From assembly GCA_963810935.1 (NCBI GenBank), contig CAWEPK010000005.1:288001-352000 (forward strand): 64,000 bases of DNA, written 5' to 3'. Under the pieces are notes generated by a model. It did no database searches and was not told the DNA's origin. It saw only the letters and a list, made by a program, of their open reading frames with translations. Within the stretch, counting starts at the first letter, position 1; each line of letters opens with the position of its first letter. Positions 42,954 to 52,696 of the stretch are shown one piece after another. Both the position numbers and the translations under genes were made by a program. The stretch is from an uncultured delta proteobacterium. GTDB lineage: Bacteria > Desulfobacterota > Syntrophorhabdia > Syntrophorhabdales > WCHB1-27.

Positions 42954-43253
42954 CTAACATCGTAGAGGGGTTGGATGCGGGAAGACGGAGGGTGCGATGT
43001 CTGTCACGCCTTTTATAAAGATTAACGAGATCGGCGGCCGGCCAGGGGCAGGATCGCCTGCATGGCCGGTTGACTGCTCCGATTGAAAGGTGACCGAGTT
43101 AAATTGACAGTGATTGCATTTGACGAGGTGCTTACCCGCAGCCATCGATGCGCCATTCGCCGCTTTATGGGCGAGTTTCAGGGGCACAAGCACGAGGAGC
43201 ATCGGAATAAGAATCAGAGCGGTGACCAGAAAAACCTTGTTCTTCCCTGTCAT
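42954..43253 (-). CDS. Small membrane-anchored protein with CNHC motif and C-terminal PLRC
   Basis: AGGAG SD, N-terminal TM helix, first gene of the methyltransferase-permease run. Confidence 0.6.
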   Translation of the reverse strand: MTGKNKVFLVTALILIPMLLVLVPLKLAHKAANGASMAAGKHLVKCNHCQFNSVTFQSEQSTGHAGDPAPGRPPISLIFIKGVTDIAPSVFPHPTPLRC

Positions 43254-43424
43254 GGGTCTCCTGACGCGATATCTTATCAATATACACTACAAATGTGAAA
43301 AGACGTAGAAGGAATTATGAAGAATTGTGAAGAAGCGTTCTCTGTCGTTGCCCGCGCGATAAGTCACCATTAAGTTTAATGCAGGCCGGTCGATCGAAGG
43401 CCAATCACCGCAAGGAGTACCGCG

Positions 43425-44321
43425 ATGAAGAAGATCCTATTCGCTCTGGCCGTTCTTTTCTTTGCAACCGGCGTCTGGGCTGCCCCTCCGTCGGCGACAA
43501 CCGTCTACCAGCCGATGACTGCGGAAGGGCTTGCGGCAGGCTATCCATTTGAAGCATGGGTCTACTTCGACAAATCCCCCGACCCTGCCGTCCCCGGCTA
43601 TGCCTTCCCCGCCGGGGCAACGCTTAAGTTCAGGTTCCCTGCAGCGTTCGCGCCGCAGGCCGGCCACGCCCCATCGGCCGTTCTGCTCAATGGCTGGCCT
43701 CAGGGGCCGATCCAGTCTCCTTTCACGATAGGACTCGATCCGAAGGACCAGCGGACGATCGTGCTCAAGCTTGTCAAAGACCTTCCGTCCGGTCCCCGCG
43801 AAGCCCCGGGCCTGAAGGCCATCCATCTGCGGTGGGGACCGCTCAATCCGGCGCAGGCGGGTAATTACCCCATGACCATCGAATACTCCGATGCGGGGGA
43901 CCTGTCCGGCTCGACAAAACTGATGGTGCCCGTCACGCCGAAACCCGTTCCCAATATTGCCGGATATAATACACTCCACAGCGGGCGGAACGAGAACTAT
44001 CAGCATATAAAGGCGGGGCAGCAGGCCGGGCTTCCCATAAATTTTCTCGTGACGCTTCCCGATAAGGCCCGGTCGTTTATCTCGCTGCGGCCGATGCAGG
44101 ATGGGAACCTTGAAATCATGAGCGACGGAAGCCCGATAGGCACGATCCGTAAGCGCGGGGTCCCCGTTATGCTGGCGCCCGAGCCTTTCGGCCCCGGGTA
44201 TGCCAGGCTGGGCATAGTCCAGTTCTATATTACGGCAGGCCCGACACCGGGAGAGGCTGAGATCGAGGGCAGGCTGACAGGAGGAACGAGCTACACGATC
44301 AAGGTCGCCGTGGAGCGGTGA
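43425..44321 (+). CDS. Secreted Pro/Gly-rich hypothetical protein
   Basis: AAGGAG SD, signal peptide MKKILFALAVLFFATGVWA, 298 aa. Confidence 0.75.
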   Translation: MKKILFALAVLFFATGVWAAPPSATTVYQPMTAEGLAAGYPFEAWVYFDKSPDPAVPGYAFPAGATLKFRFPAAFAPQAGHAPSAVLLNGWPQGPIQSPFTIGLDPKDQRTIVLKLVKDLPSGPREAPGLKAIHLRWGPLNPAQAGNYPMTIEYSDAGDLSGSTKLMVPVTPKPVPNIAGYNTLHSGRNENYQHIKAGQQAGLPINFLVTLPDKARSFISLRPMQDGNLEIMSDGSPIGTIRKRGVPVMLAPEPFGPGYARLGIVQFYITAGPTPGEAEIEGRLTGGTSYTIKVAVER

Positions 44322-44382
44322 CGTAAAAGCTTTACTTGTGTCACGTATATAAGCATTGTCGCTGTGATTGACTGCGGGACCG

Positions 44383-45489
44383 CTATACGTCTTTCCAGTC
44401 GAAGAATTCCCTGAACTTCTGCTTGAAGCCCTGATTGTGGGCGCCGCCTCCGTTATGCAGCTCTTTCGCCAACTCCTCCAGGAGCTCCCGCTGCCTGTCG
44501 TTGACGTTCTTCGGCACGGTTATATGCAGGTGGACAAACTGGTCGCCCTTACCGTATCCGTTCGTCTTCGGCACGCCCTGGCCCTTCAGCCTGAACACCT
44601 TCTCCGGCGGCGTGCCCGGCGGTATCTTCAGGCTCATTTCCCCGCCCAGTACGGGGACCTTGATCTCACCGCCCAGGCAGAGCGTCGGGAAGCCGACCTC
44701 CGTACTGACGTAGATGTTGTCGCCCTGCCGCTCGAAAATGGGGTGCTCGTTCACCTTGAGTACGACGTAGAGGTCGCCGGGGACCGAATCGTTCTGCCCC
44801 TGCGCGCCCTCTCCACGCATCTTCAGGCGGGTGCCGTTGTCGACGCCGGGGGGCACGCTGATCTTCAGGATCTTTTTAACCCTTGTAGTCCCCCTGCCCT
44901 TGCATACCTTACACGGGTCCTTGATTACACGGCCCTCGCCCCCGCAATGCTCGCACGTCCTGTTTATCGTGAAGAAGCCCTGCGTGAAGCGGACCTGGCC
45001 GCGCCCGCCGCACGCCTTGCATACGATCGGCTGGAAACCGGGCTCGATTCTCGTCCCCTTGCATGCCTCACAGCGCACCTCGTGGGGGATGTCTATCTCT
45101 TTCTCCACGCCGAAGACGGCCTCTTCGAACTCGATCTCCATGTTGTAGCGCAGGTCTTCGCCTTTGCGGGTCCTCCTGCGCTGGGTCTGTCCGAAGAAGT
45201 CGTTGAAAAGGTCGCCGAATATGTCGTCGAAATTCCGCGTGAAGCCGAAGTCGTACGAGCCGCCGGTCCTCGTGTCCGCGACGCCGAAACGGTCGAAGCT
45301 CGACCGCTTTTCCGAGTCGCCGAGCACTTCGTACGCCTGGTTTATCTCTTTAAATTTCTCTTCTGCTTCGAGGTTCCCCTGGTTGCGGTCGGGGTGGTGT
45401 GCAAGGGCGAGCTTGCGGTATGCTTTCTTTATCTCATCATCTGTTGCGTTCCTGGAAACGCCCAGTATTTCGTAATAGTCCCTGCTCAT
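44383..45489 (-). CDS. dnaJ: Chaperone DnaJ
   Basis: [11 protein letters not shown], four CxxCxGx(G/R) repeats. Confidence 0.97.
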   Translation of the reverse strand: MSRDYYEILGVSRNATDDEIKKAYRKLALAHHPDRNQGNLEAEEKFKEINQAYEVLGDSEKRSSFDRFGVADTRTGGSYDFGFTRNFDDIFGDLFNDFFGQTQRRRTRKGEDLRYNMEIEFEEAVFGVEKEIDIPHEVRCEACKGTRIEPGFQPIVCKACGGRGQVRFTQGFFTINRTCEHCGGEGRVIKDPCKVCKGRGTTRVKKILKISVPPGVDNGTRLKMRGEGAQGQNDSVPGDLYVVLKVNEHPIFERQGDNIYVSTEVGFPTLCLGGEIKVPVLGGEMSLKIPPGTPPEKVFRLKGQGVPKTNGYGKGDQFVHLHITVPKNVNDRQRELLEELAKELHNGGGAHNQGFKQKFREFFDWKDV

Positions 45490-45503
45490 AGTTGAGCACT
45501 ATT

Positions 45504-46110
45504 TTACTCCGTTTCAGGCTTTTTCGCAACGGCCACCATGGACGGCCGCAGCAGCCTCCCGTCCATCACGTAGCCCTTCTGGAACTCGGCGGTGACCGTC
45601 CCCGGCTCGGCCCCTTCCTTCTCTTCCTGGTAGATCGCCTCGTGCAGGTTGGGGTCGAAGGGCTGCCCCACCGCCTCAACGCGCTTCACGTCGAATTTCT
45701 CCAGGACCTTCAGTAGCCCGCTCAAAGTGAGGGCTACTCCTTCCGCGATGGCCTTTGCCTCTTCCGTCTTGCCTGCGTGCTCGATCGCCCTTTCCAGGTT
45801 ATCGATCACGGGTAGAATCTCCTTGATGAGCGTCTCGTTCCCGAACCTGAGGACGTCCTGTTTTTCACGCGCCTTGAGCTTCTTGAAATTCTCGAAATCG
45901 GCCTGCTGGTAAAGGAGCCTTTCCTTCAGCCTCGCCTATCTCCTTATCTTTCTCGGCGGCGGACGTCTTCAGCTCGTCCGCGCCGTCTTCCTTCTTTTTT
46001 TTCTTCTTATCCGCTTCGTGCTCGGGCGCATGGCGCTCTTCTTTCCCGTCTTTGCCGCCTTCGGTATGTATATGGATGTGTTTCTCTTTTTCCTTCTCGT
46101 CCATGCCCAT
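45504..46110 (-). CDS. grpE: Nucleotide exchange factor GrpE (apparent +1 base near 45930)
   Basis: Corrected frame ADFENFKK..LPVIDNLERA, FDPNLHEA, KGY..RLLRPSMV. Confidence 0.93.
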
Positions 46111-46112
46111 CC

Positions 46113-47144
46113 TCACATGATCCTTAGTAGGTTGGTTACCGCCTGGGCCGTATAGTGGACGATCGGTATTATCCTGGAATAATTCATGCGCAACGGGCCG
46201 ATCACTCCAAGCACTCCCTGGTTTTCACGATCTGCCCCGTACGGCGAGGTGATGATGCTCATGTCCCTCATCTCCCTCACTTCCGTCTCGGCTCCTATAA
46301 TGACGTTGATGCCGTCCTGGTCTACGCTCTTGTCGAGAAGCCGCAGCAGCTTCCCCTTCTTTTCGAATGCCTGGAACAGGTCCTTGAGCCTGGTTATGTC
46401 GGAAAGCTCCGGAACGCCGATGAACTTGAAGGTCCCTTCCAGGTAGACTTCCCTGGAGCCTTCCCCCTGCATGATCCCTTCGAGGACGTCCATGACCTTT
46501 CCCATCAGCTCGTGGAAGGCCTCCCTGTCCCTGGCCATATCCGCGAATATCTGCTTCCTCAGGTCGTAGAACGGGACCCCTTCGCACTTCTCGTTCATGT
46601 AGCCCTTCATGCCGGCCAGCAGCTCAGGCGGCAGCTCCTCGTCCGTGTTGACGAGGCGCGTATGGACCATACCCGCCGAGGTCACGAATAAGACGAGTAT
46701 CGTGTTCTTCGAAAGCTTCACGAACTCGACTTCTTTGAAAAGCATGTAATTTATTTTCGGCTCGACGACTATGCCCGTGTACTGGCAGAGGTTCGCGAGC
46801 ATCCGTGACGCGTCGCCCATGATCTCTTCGACGTGCGAGTAACGGTGGGCCGCCAGCCCTGCGAGGGCGTGCATCTCGCGCTTTCCGGGCAGACCGGGCA
46901 CCAGCAGCGTGTTAACGTAGTACCTGAATGCCTTTCCGGTCGGTATCCTCCCGGCGACGACGTGGGGCTTGTAGAGAAACCCCTGCTCCTCCAGGTCGGC
47001 CATGACGTTCCTGATGGTGGCCGAGCTCCATTTGCCGTTGACGCGCGACGACAGCGTACCCGAGCCGACCGGCTCCGCCGATACGATGTAATTGTTCATT
47101 ATAAGGTCAAGGACCTGTTTTTCTCTAGCTGTCAATGCTTCCAT
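46113..47144 (-). CDS. hrcA: Heat-inducible repressor HrcA
   Basis: EPVGS, SSATIRNVMADLE, GRIPT, GVIGPLRMNY. Confidence 0.95.
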   Translation of the reverse strand: MEALTAREKQVLDLIMNNYIVSAEPVGSGTLSSRVNGKWSSATIRNVMADLEEQGFLYKPHVVAGRIPTGKAFRYYVNTLLVPGLPGKREMHALAGLAAHRYSHVEEIMGDASRMLANLCQYTGIVVEPKINYMLFKEVEFVKLSKNTILVLFVTSAGMVHTRLVNTDEELPPELLAGMKGYMNEKCEGVPFYDLRKQIFADMARDREAFHELMGKVMDVLEGIMQGEGSREVYLEGTFKFIGVPELSDITRLKDLFQAFEKKGKLLRLLDKSVDQDGINVIIGAETEVREMRDMSIITSPYGADRENQGVLGVIGPLRMNYSRIIPIVHYTAQAVTNLLRIM

Positions 47145-47154
47145 AACACATAAT

Positions 47155-47183
47155 AAGGTAATGATATGAGCAATAATTGTCAA
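47155..47183 (-). promoter_or_regulatory. Sigma70-type promoter of hrcA
   Basis: TTGACA-17 nt-TACCTT, 10 nt above the ATG. Confidence 0.65.
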
Positions 47184-47222
47184 GCAATACGAAGGCCCGC
47201 ACGCCGCTTGGGGACAATGGCG

Positions 47223-48443
47223 TCAGGGCGTGTGAGGGCCTTCGTCTTCTTCTGCGCCTGAGACTTCCGCGGCAGGCAGCCCACGCTCGTTCCTTATCTC
47301 CTCCATCCGGTTGAGGGGCCGCTCCAGTTGCCTGCGCCGCACCCCGCTAAGGGCCTCGAAGTCCTTCTGCAGGTCGCCTATCCGCTTTCCCATCCCTTCG
47401 AGCCTTTTCAGGAACTCGTCCCACTGTTTCTTGAAGATGCCGAGGAGTGATAGTATCTCGTTGGAGGTCTCCTCCATGGAGAAGGCGTCGATGGCCTGCC
47501 TGATGACCGCGAGGACCGCGAATAGCGTGATCGGGGAACAGCAGACGACGTGCTGCCTGAGCGCCTCCTCGAAGGCCTGACTGTCCTGCTCCTGGATGAA
47601 GGCGTAAATCTGCTCGTTCGCGATCAAAAGGAGCGCGCAGTCGAGGGTCTGCTGCTCCGGGTTGATGTAATCCCTGGTCGCCACTTCCCTGACCTTGGCC
47701 TTCACGTCACGCAAAAAGTCGGCCCTGAAGCGCGCCTTCTCGCCTTCTGCCTGGGCGTCGAGGGACCGCATGTAATTGTCGAAGGGGAACTTTACGTCCA
47801 TGTTGAGCCGGAGGCCGCGCGGGAGAAGAAACGTGAAGTCCGGCCTGGAGCCCGCGCCCTGGATGGTCTTCTGCTTCAGGTAATTGACGTTCTCGACGAA
47901 GCCGGATGCGCGAAGGACGTCTTCGGCCATCCGTTCCCCCCATTGCCCCCTGGCCTTGCTGCCTGCGAGGGCCTCTTTGAGGCTTGCCGTCGTGCCGGCC
48001 AGCAGCGCGGTCTGCTCCCCTGCCAGCTTGAGGTGACTGGTCAGCTCGCCGAATTTCTCGACCCTGTCCTTTTCAAGCTCCCGCATGAGCCTGCCGACGC
48101 CGTCTACCTGCTCGGCCATCTTGCGCAGCTCCCTGTCGATCAGCTCCTTGCGCGCCTCGAGCTCGTTCGCGGACGCCTGCCGCTCGGACTGGAGGTGCGT
48201 CTTCGCGAGCTTGAGGAACTCTTCCGTGGACTGCGAGAGGGCGTCGAGGGAGAGGCTCCCGAAGCTCGCCTTCACGTGCTCCAGCATGGCCGCCATCTCG
48301 TCCCTGCGCTCCGCATCGCGCCGGACGAGGAGCGCCTCAGCAAGCTCTTTTGCCGTTTTCGCCTGATGTATCCTGAAGAGAAAAGAAACGGCCAGACCGA
48401 GGAGGAACCCGCAAGCGACTGCCGCTATGATCGCCCAGTACAT
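47223..48443 (-). CDS. rmuC: DNA recombination protein RmuC
   Basis: N-terminal TM and coiled coil, RGQWGE, RPD..LP, DVKFP, SPITL. Confidence 0.9.
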   Translation of the reverse strand: MYWAIIAAVACGFLLGLAVSFLFRIHQAKTAKELAEALLVRRDAERRDEMAAMLEHVKASFGSLSLDALSQSTEEFLKLAKTHLQSERQASANELEARKELIDRELRKMAEQVDGVGRLMRELEKDRVEKFGELTSHLKLAGEQTALLAGTTASLKEALAGSKARGQWGERMAEDVLRASGFVENVNYLKQKTIQGAGSRPDFTFLLPRGLRLNMDVKFPFDNYMRSLDAQAEGEKARFRADFLRDVKAKVREVATRDYINPEQQTLDCALLLIANEQIYAFIQEQDSQAFEEALRQHVVCCSPITLFAVLAVIRQAIDAFSMEETSNEILSLLGIFKKQWDEFLKRLEGMGKRIGDLQKDFEALSGVRRRQLERPLNRMEEIRNERGLPAAEVSGAEEDEGPHTP

Positions 48444-48451
48444 AAGGCAGG

Positions 48452-49465
48452 CTAGCCTTTGCCGAGTTTTCTTGCAGCGTCCGGGAGACGCTTCAAAAGG
48501 TCGAGGGCCTTATACGCCTCCGCCTCGCTCAGAGAGCCGACCCCGCAGGACGTAGTGACGATCTCCCCTTCGTCGGACGTGCCGCCCGCCTCCGACACGT
48601 GCTGCTCGAAGGCGCGCCACGACCGGGCAAGGCTGTCGGGGCTTGCTGCGGCGAGTCCTTCGGACGAGGAGGGCACAATGCCAGGCGCTATCCGTCCGCC
48701 TCGCGCGAAAAAGCCCGAAAGCTCGCGCGGGAAGTAGAAGATCGTCTCCATAAAGCCGAAGGCGTCGTAATTGATAATATCGATGCCGGATAGAAGCAGG
48801 GCGGGCCAGTCCGTATTGCCGCAGCAGTGGACGCCTATCCGCGCGTCGAGCCCGGCGCTCGCCTCGTCGACCATCGACGTGGCCGCCTCGCGGGAGATCG
48901 ACACGTATGCCGAGCCGAGCGACACCAACGCCGGCTCGTCAAAAAAGAAGATGACGTCCCTGCCCGGGCAGGCGTCCCTCATCGCCTTTATCATCCACGC
49001 CGCTTTCATGCGGATCCCCTGCTTGATGATATCGAAATAGGCGTCGTTGTATACGATGGGCTTTCCGTTCTCGTCCTTCAGGCCGATGCCGAGCGTGAAC
49101 GGGCCGGTCAATTGCCCCTTGATCGCCCTGACGCCTGACGCATTCCGCCTCAGCCTTGCGAGGAACCCGTAAAACCCCGGCGCGGCCGCCTCCGATATGG
49201 CGAAGGCATCGATGTTGCCGCCGGCAACGTCCTCGTAAAACCGTTCTATCCCTTCGGTCTTGCCCGTGTCCATGCAGGTAGTGCCGCTCTGCATATCGGT
49301 GACGAGGGCGGGCACGCCTTCAAGGCCCTGGACGTACATGTCTTCCATAAAGGAGCGTTTCGGGAGCTGCGGCCAGAAAGGGCATTCCGGGCAGGACTCA
49401 AAGACTACGTCGAGCGCTTTTTCCACGTCGGTAAACGGCAGGCTTCCGATGCTTGTCACCAGCAT
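48452..49465 (-). CDS. Stand-alone MetE-like catalytic domain (core methionine synthase-like)
   Basis: IGSLP, WPQLP, KGQLTGPFT, DEP, HCCG, TSCG; about half the length of MetE. Confidence 0.75.
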   Translation of the reverse strand: MLVTSIGSLPFTDVEKALDVVFESCPECPFWPQLPKRSFMEDMYVQGLEGVPALVTDMQSGTTCMDTGKTEGIERFYEDVAGGNIDAFAISEAAAPGFYGFLARLRRNASGVRAIKGQLTGPFTLGIGLKDENGKPIVYNDAYFDIIKQGIRMKAAWMIKAMRDACPGRDVIFFFDEPALVSLGSAYVSISREAATSMVDEASAGLDARIGVHCCGNTDWPALLLSGIDIINYDAFGFMETIFYFPRELSGFFARGGRIAPGIVPSSSEGLAAASPDSLARSWRAFEQHVSEAGGTSDEGEIVTTSCGVGSLSEAEAYKALDLLKRLPDAARKLGKG

Positions 49466-49545
49466 GGCAATTTGTAGCACAACGGGGTGGGGGTGTCAAA
49501 CCGCAGGATCTCCGGGCGTCAGGCAAAGACTGACGTGCTATGCTA

Positions 49546-49592
49546 TTGACGTTCGGCCGTTTTTTTGCTAACTTATCGTGAACAGGCGTTCA
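49546..49592 (+). promoter_or_regulatory. Promoter and probable TetR operator
   Basis: TTGACG-17 nt-TAACTT followed by inverted repeat TGAAC-aggc-GTTCA (49579-49592). Confidence 0.65.
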
Positions 49593-49595
49593 TTA

Positions 49596-50198
49596 ATGGG
49601 CAGGCAACCGTCTCCACTGGCAAAAGCAAACATCCTCTCCGCAGCGAGACAGGTATTCGCGGACAAGGGGTACAAGGAAGCGACCGTCAGGGAGATCGCC
49701 CGGTTCGCCGGCGTGGCGGTAGGTGGACTCTATCCATATTTCGGGAATAAGGAACAGCTTTACGTCGAGGCGCTGGAGGAAGGGATCAAGCTGTATAAGG
49801 AAAGGATCCGGGAGCTGGAACACGAAGAACCCGCTGTTGCGATCAGGCGCTACATCGAGAACCATCTCGAATATACGGTTTCCAGAAAGCAGAGTATCTC
49901 GCTCCAGTTCAAGGACTACGACCTGGAGTTTGCCAAGCCGTTCAGGACCGGATTTTTCAGGTTTCAGAAAGATTTTCTTGCCGGGATTATCCGCAGGGGC
50001 ACAGAACGGGGGATATTCAGGGCGGCAGACTGCGAGGATGCAGCCCTCTTCATCCTCTGCGTGCTGAAAGGGGCTGTCTTTAACAGCCTGGCGGGTACGA
50101 TAGACCTAACCGCATCGCGAGATAGCCTGTGGCGCTCGGTCCTGATCTTTCTGAAACAGGAAGAGACGGGCGGGGAAACGGACGTACACCTGGGGTGA
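49596..50198 (+). CDS. TetR/AcrR family regulator
   Basis: ILSAARQVFADKGY..TVREIA..AGVAVGGLYPYFGNKEQL HTH. Confidence 0.92.
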   Translation: MGRQPSPLAKANILSAARQVFADKGYKEATVREIARFAGVAVGGLYPYFGNKEQLYVEALEEGIKLYKERIRELEHEEPAVAIRRYIENHLEYTVSRKQSISLQFKDYDLEFAKPFRTGFFRFQKDFLAGIIRRGTERGIFRAADCEDAALFILCVLKGAVFNSLAGTIDLTASRDSLWRSVLIFLKQEETGGETDVHLG

Positions 50199-50317
50199 GG
50201 AAGGGGGACCGGCCGTTCAGGGACCGCCCAGGTGAGGGGCCTTCAGGCGGCGCCGGTTTTTGGGGACGTGAGCTTCAAGGAGATGTCAACGAGATGCTTC
50301 CAGGGGGTAGGATAGCG

Positions 50318-51625
50318 ATGCGGTCGTGCGCCTTCGCCGTTGTCGCCATCATCGCCGTCATCGTTTTCTTCGTGCCCTTCCGTGCCTGCTCCGAGCCGCT
50401 TACCCTTCCCGACGGCCTAAAGATAGTAACGGAGGAAAACCGCGTCGTCAGGATAAAACAACAGGAAGAGAAGATGTCCCATGCGGACACCATCATCGCC
50501 CGATCGAGGCTGCTGCCGAGCGTCAATACCTCGTACGGCCAGACCTTTCTGGAAAACCAACCTGGTTTGCGCGCAGGCTCTCTGGTCGCCCAGACCTCGG
50601 AAAAAAGCTTTTATGCCTACCAATTCGTGATCCAGCAGATCCTCTATGATTTCGGCGGGGTCAGCTCCCTGTATAAATCCGCGCAGTTGATCGAGGATAC
50701 GAGGCGGCTCGAGACCGTGAGGGTCAGGAATGAGCTCGCCCTTGCCTTCACGACGCTTTACTTCGACGTCCTCGAATCAGAGAAGGTGATAGCCGTCGCG
50801 GAAAGAGAAATAGAGGCCCTTGCCTCGCACGCGCAAGTGGCCCGTGACCTGCTGCAGAACGGCCTGATTACGAAGAACGATCTACTCCAGGCAGAGGTGC
50901 AGCTCGCTGACGCGAAACGGAAGCTCCTGAACGCGAAAAACACCAGGCGGATAAACGGGGCCAGGGTAAACAACATGCTTACCAGGCCGCTTTCGAGCCG
51001 GGTCGAGGTGATCGAGGTGACGAGGCCGTACGCGAAGATGCCGCCATATGAGGGAGCGGCCGAGATTGCGGAAAAACAACGGTCGGAGATGCAGATAGTC
51101 GACGCCACGCTCAAGGCCCTCGCATACGAGGAGACGGCGCGTAGAGCCGAGTATCTGCCGAAGTTCCTCGCCCAGGGCGAATACGACTACACGAAGAACA
51201 AATACCTGACTTACGAGAACAATGCAGCGGTAATCTTCCTGATGAGCTTGAATCTCTTTAGCGGCGGAAGCACGAGGGCCGCGGTGCAGAAAGTGCAGAC
51301 AGCCGGGTCCCGGCTCCGCATCGAACGGAAAAAACTGGCGGACGACATCGGCCTGGAGCTCGAGAAGCACTATCTCGATGCCGTAAACGCAAGCGAAGCT
51401 ATCAAGGTCGCTCTGGGCGCCCTCTCCCAGGCGGAGGAGAACGTGAGGATCACCAGGGTCAAGTATAAGGAGGGCACGGGCATCGCGCGGGACGTGACGG
51501 ACGCGATAGCCCTGCGCGCCCTTTCAGAGACGAATTATCACCGGGCCGTCTACGACTACTACCGCTCGGAGGCGGGCTACCTTTACGCCTTGGGAGAGAA
51601 CCTGAAGGACGAATACGGCAGATGA
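50318..51625 (+). CDS. TolC-family outer membrane efflux protein
   Basis: Signal peptide, duplicated OEP pattern (LLPSV / YLPKF, DLLQAEV); operon context. Confidence 0.88.
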   Translation: MRSCAFAVVAIIAVIVFFVPFRACSEPLTLPDGLKIVTEENRVVRIKQQEEKMSHADTIIARSRLLPSVNTSYGQTFLENQPGLRAGSLVAQTSEKSFYAYQFVIQQILYDFGGVSSLYKSAQLIEDTRRLETVRVRNELALAFTTLYFDVLESEKVIAVAEREIEALASHAQVARDLLQNGLITKNDLLQAEVQLADAKRKLLNAKNTRRINGARVNNMLTRPLSSRVEVIEVTRPYAKMPPYEGAAEIAEKQRSEMQIVDATLKALAYEETARRAEYLPKFLAQGEYDYTKNKYLTYENNAAVIFLMSLNLFSGGSTRAAVQKVQTAGSRLRIERKKLADDIGLELEKHYLDAVNASEAIKVALGALSQAEENVRITRVKYKEGTGIARDVTDAIALRALSETNYHRAVYDYYRSEAGYLYALGENLKDEYGR

Positions 51626-51632
51626 GACTTCG

Positions 51633-52691
51633 GTGAACGAGCAAATGAAAAAATGGGCCTTGAGATGGATAGCGGCGTCGGCGATAGTGGCGGGCCTTAT
51701 CATCGGGGCAATTTATCTCGTCTACTCCCTTTCTCACGAAAGCACGGACGACGCCTACGTCACGGGCACCATAGTGCCCGTCGCCCCCGAGATAAGGGGA
51801 AGGGTCGTCAACGTCTACATCACCGACAACCAGTACGTGAAGGCCGGTGCCCCCCTGCTCGACATTTTCCCGCAGGATTACGAGGACACTGCCAAAGAGC
51901 GGGGCCAGGGCGTTTCCACCCTGGTAGCGGAAAAGGTCGAGCTTCAGGCATCCCTCAAGCAAAGGCAGAAGGCCCTTGCCCAGGCGCAGGCGAACCTTGC
52001 GGCGGCCGGGGCGGAGCAAGCCCTCGCCGAAAAGGATTTCGACCGGTACAAACGCCTCGTAAGAGAGGACGCGGCTACCCGGAGCCAATACGACCACGTC
52101 GAATCGCGCCTCGCGGTGGCCAGTGCAAGGAAGGAAGCGGCCGCTTCCGCTGTCGAGGAGGCAGGGGAGGCGATAGAGGCGGCTAAGGGCAAGCTGGCCA
52201 CGCAGGACTTCAAGATCAGGCAAGCGCAGGCGGCGCACAGGGTCGCGGAGCTGAACCTCGTGAGGACGACCCTCGTCGCGCCCATCTCCGGAAGGATCGC
52301 CAAGAAGACCGTCGATCCGGGGAAATACGTGCAGCCCGGGCAGGCCCTCCTCGCCGTCGTGCATCAGGACATCTGGATCGTAGCGAATTACAAGGAGACG
52401 CAGGTCGGAAAGATGGCCGTGGGCCAGCCGGTCGAGATAAAGGTTGACGCATACCCCGGCATTGTCTTCCGGGGGCATGTCGATAGCCTGCAGCCCGGCA
52501 CCGGCGCTGTTTTCAGCCTGCTCCCACCGGAAAACGCGACGGGCAACTTCGTAAAAGTCGTACAGCGGCTCCCCGTGAAGATCCTGGTGGACTCCCCTTT
52601 CGATCCCCGCCATCCCTTATGGCCCGGCCTCTCCGTCACCCCTACCGTTGACGTGAGCCGTAAAACGGGCTCGAAGCTGTCCGGACGATAG
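51633..52691 (+). CDS. HlyD/EmrA-family membrane fusion protein
   Basis: ESTDDAYV, ANYKETQ, FSLLPPENATGNFVKVVQR. Confidence 0.93.
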   Translation: MNEQMKKWALRWIAASAIVAGLIIGAIYLVYSLSHESTDDAYVTGTIVPVAPEIRGRVVNVYITDNQYVKAGAPLLDIFPQDYEDTAKERGQGVSTLVAEKVELQASLKQRQKALAQAQANLAAAGAEQALAEKDFDRYKRLVREDAATRSQYDHVESRLAVASARKEAAASAVEEAGEAIEAAKGKLATQDFKIRQAQAAHRVAELNLVRTTLVAPISGRIAKKTVDPGKYVQPGQALLAVVHQDIWIVANYKETQVGKMAVGQPVEIKVDAYPGIVFRGHVDSLQPGTGAVFSLLPPENATGNFVKVVQRLPVKILVDSPFDPRHPLWPGLSVTPTVDVSRKTGSKLSGR

Positions 52692-52696
52692 GTCCC

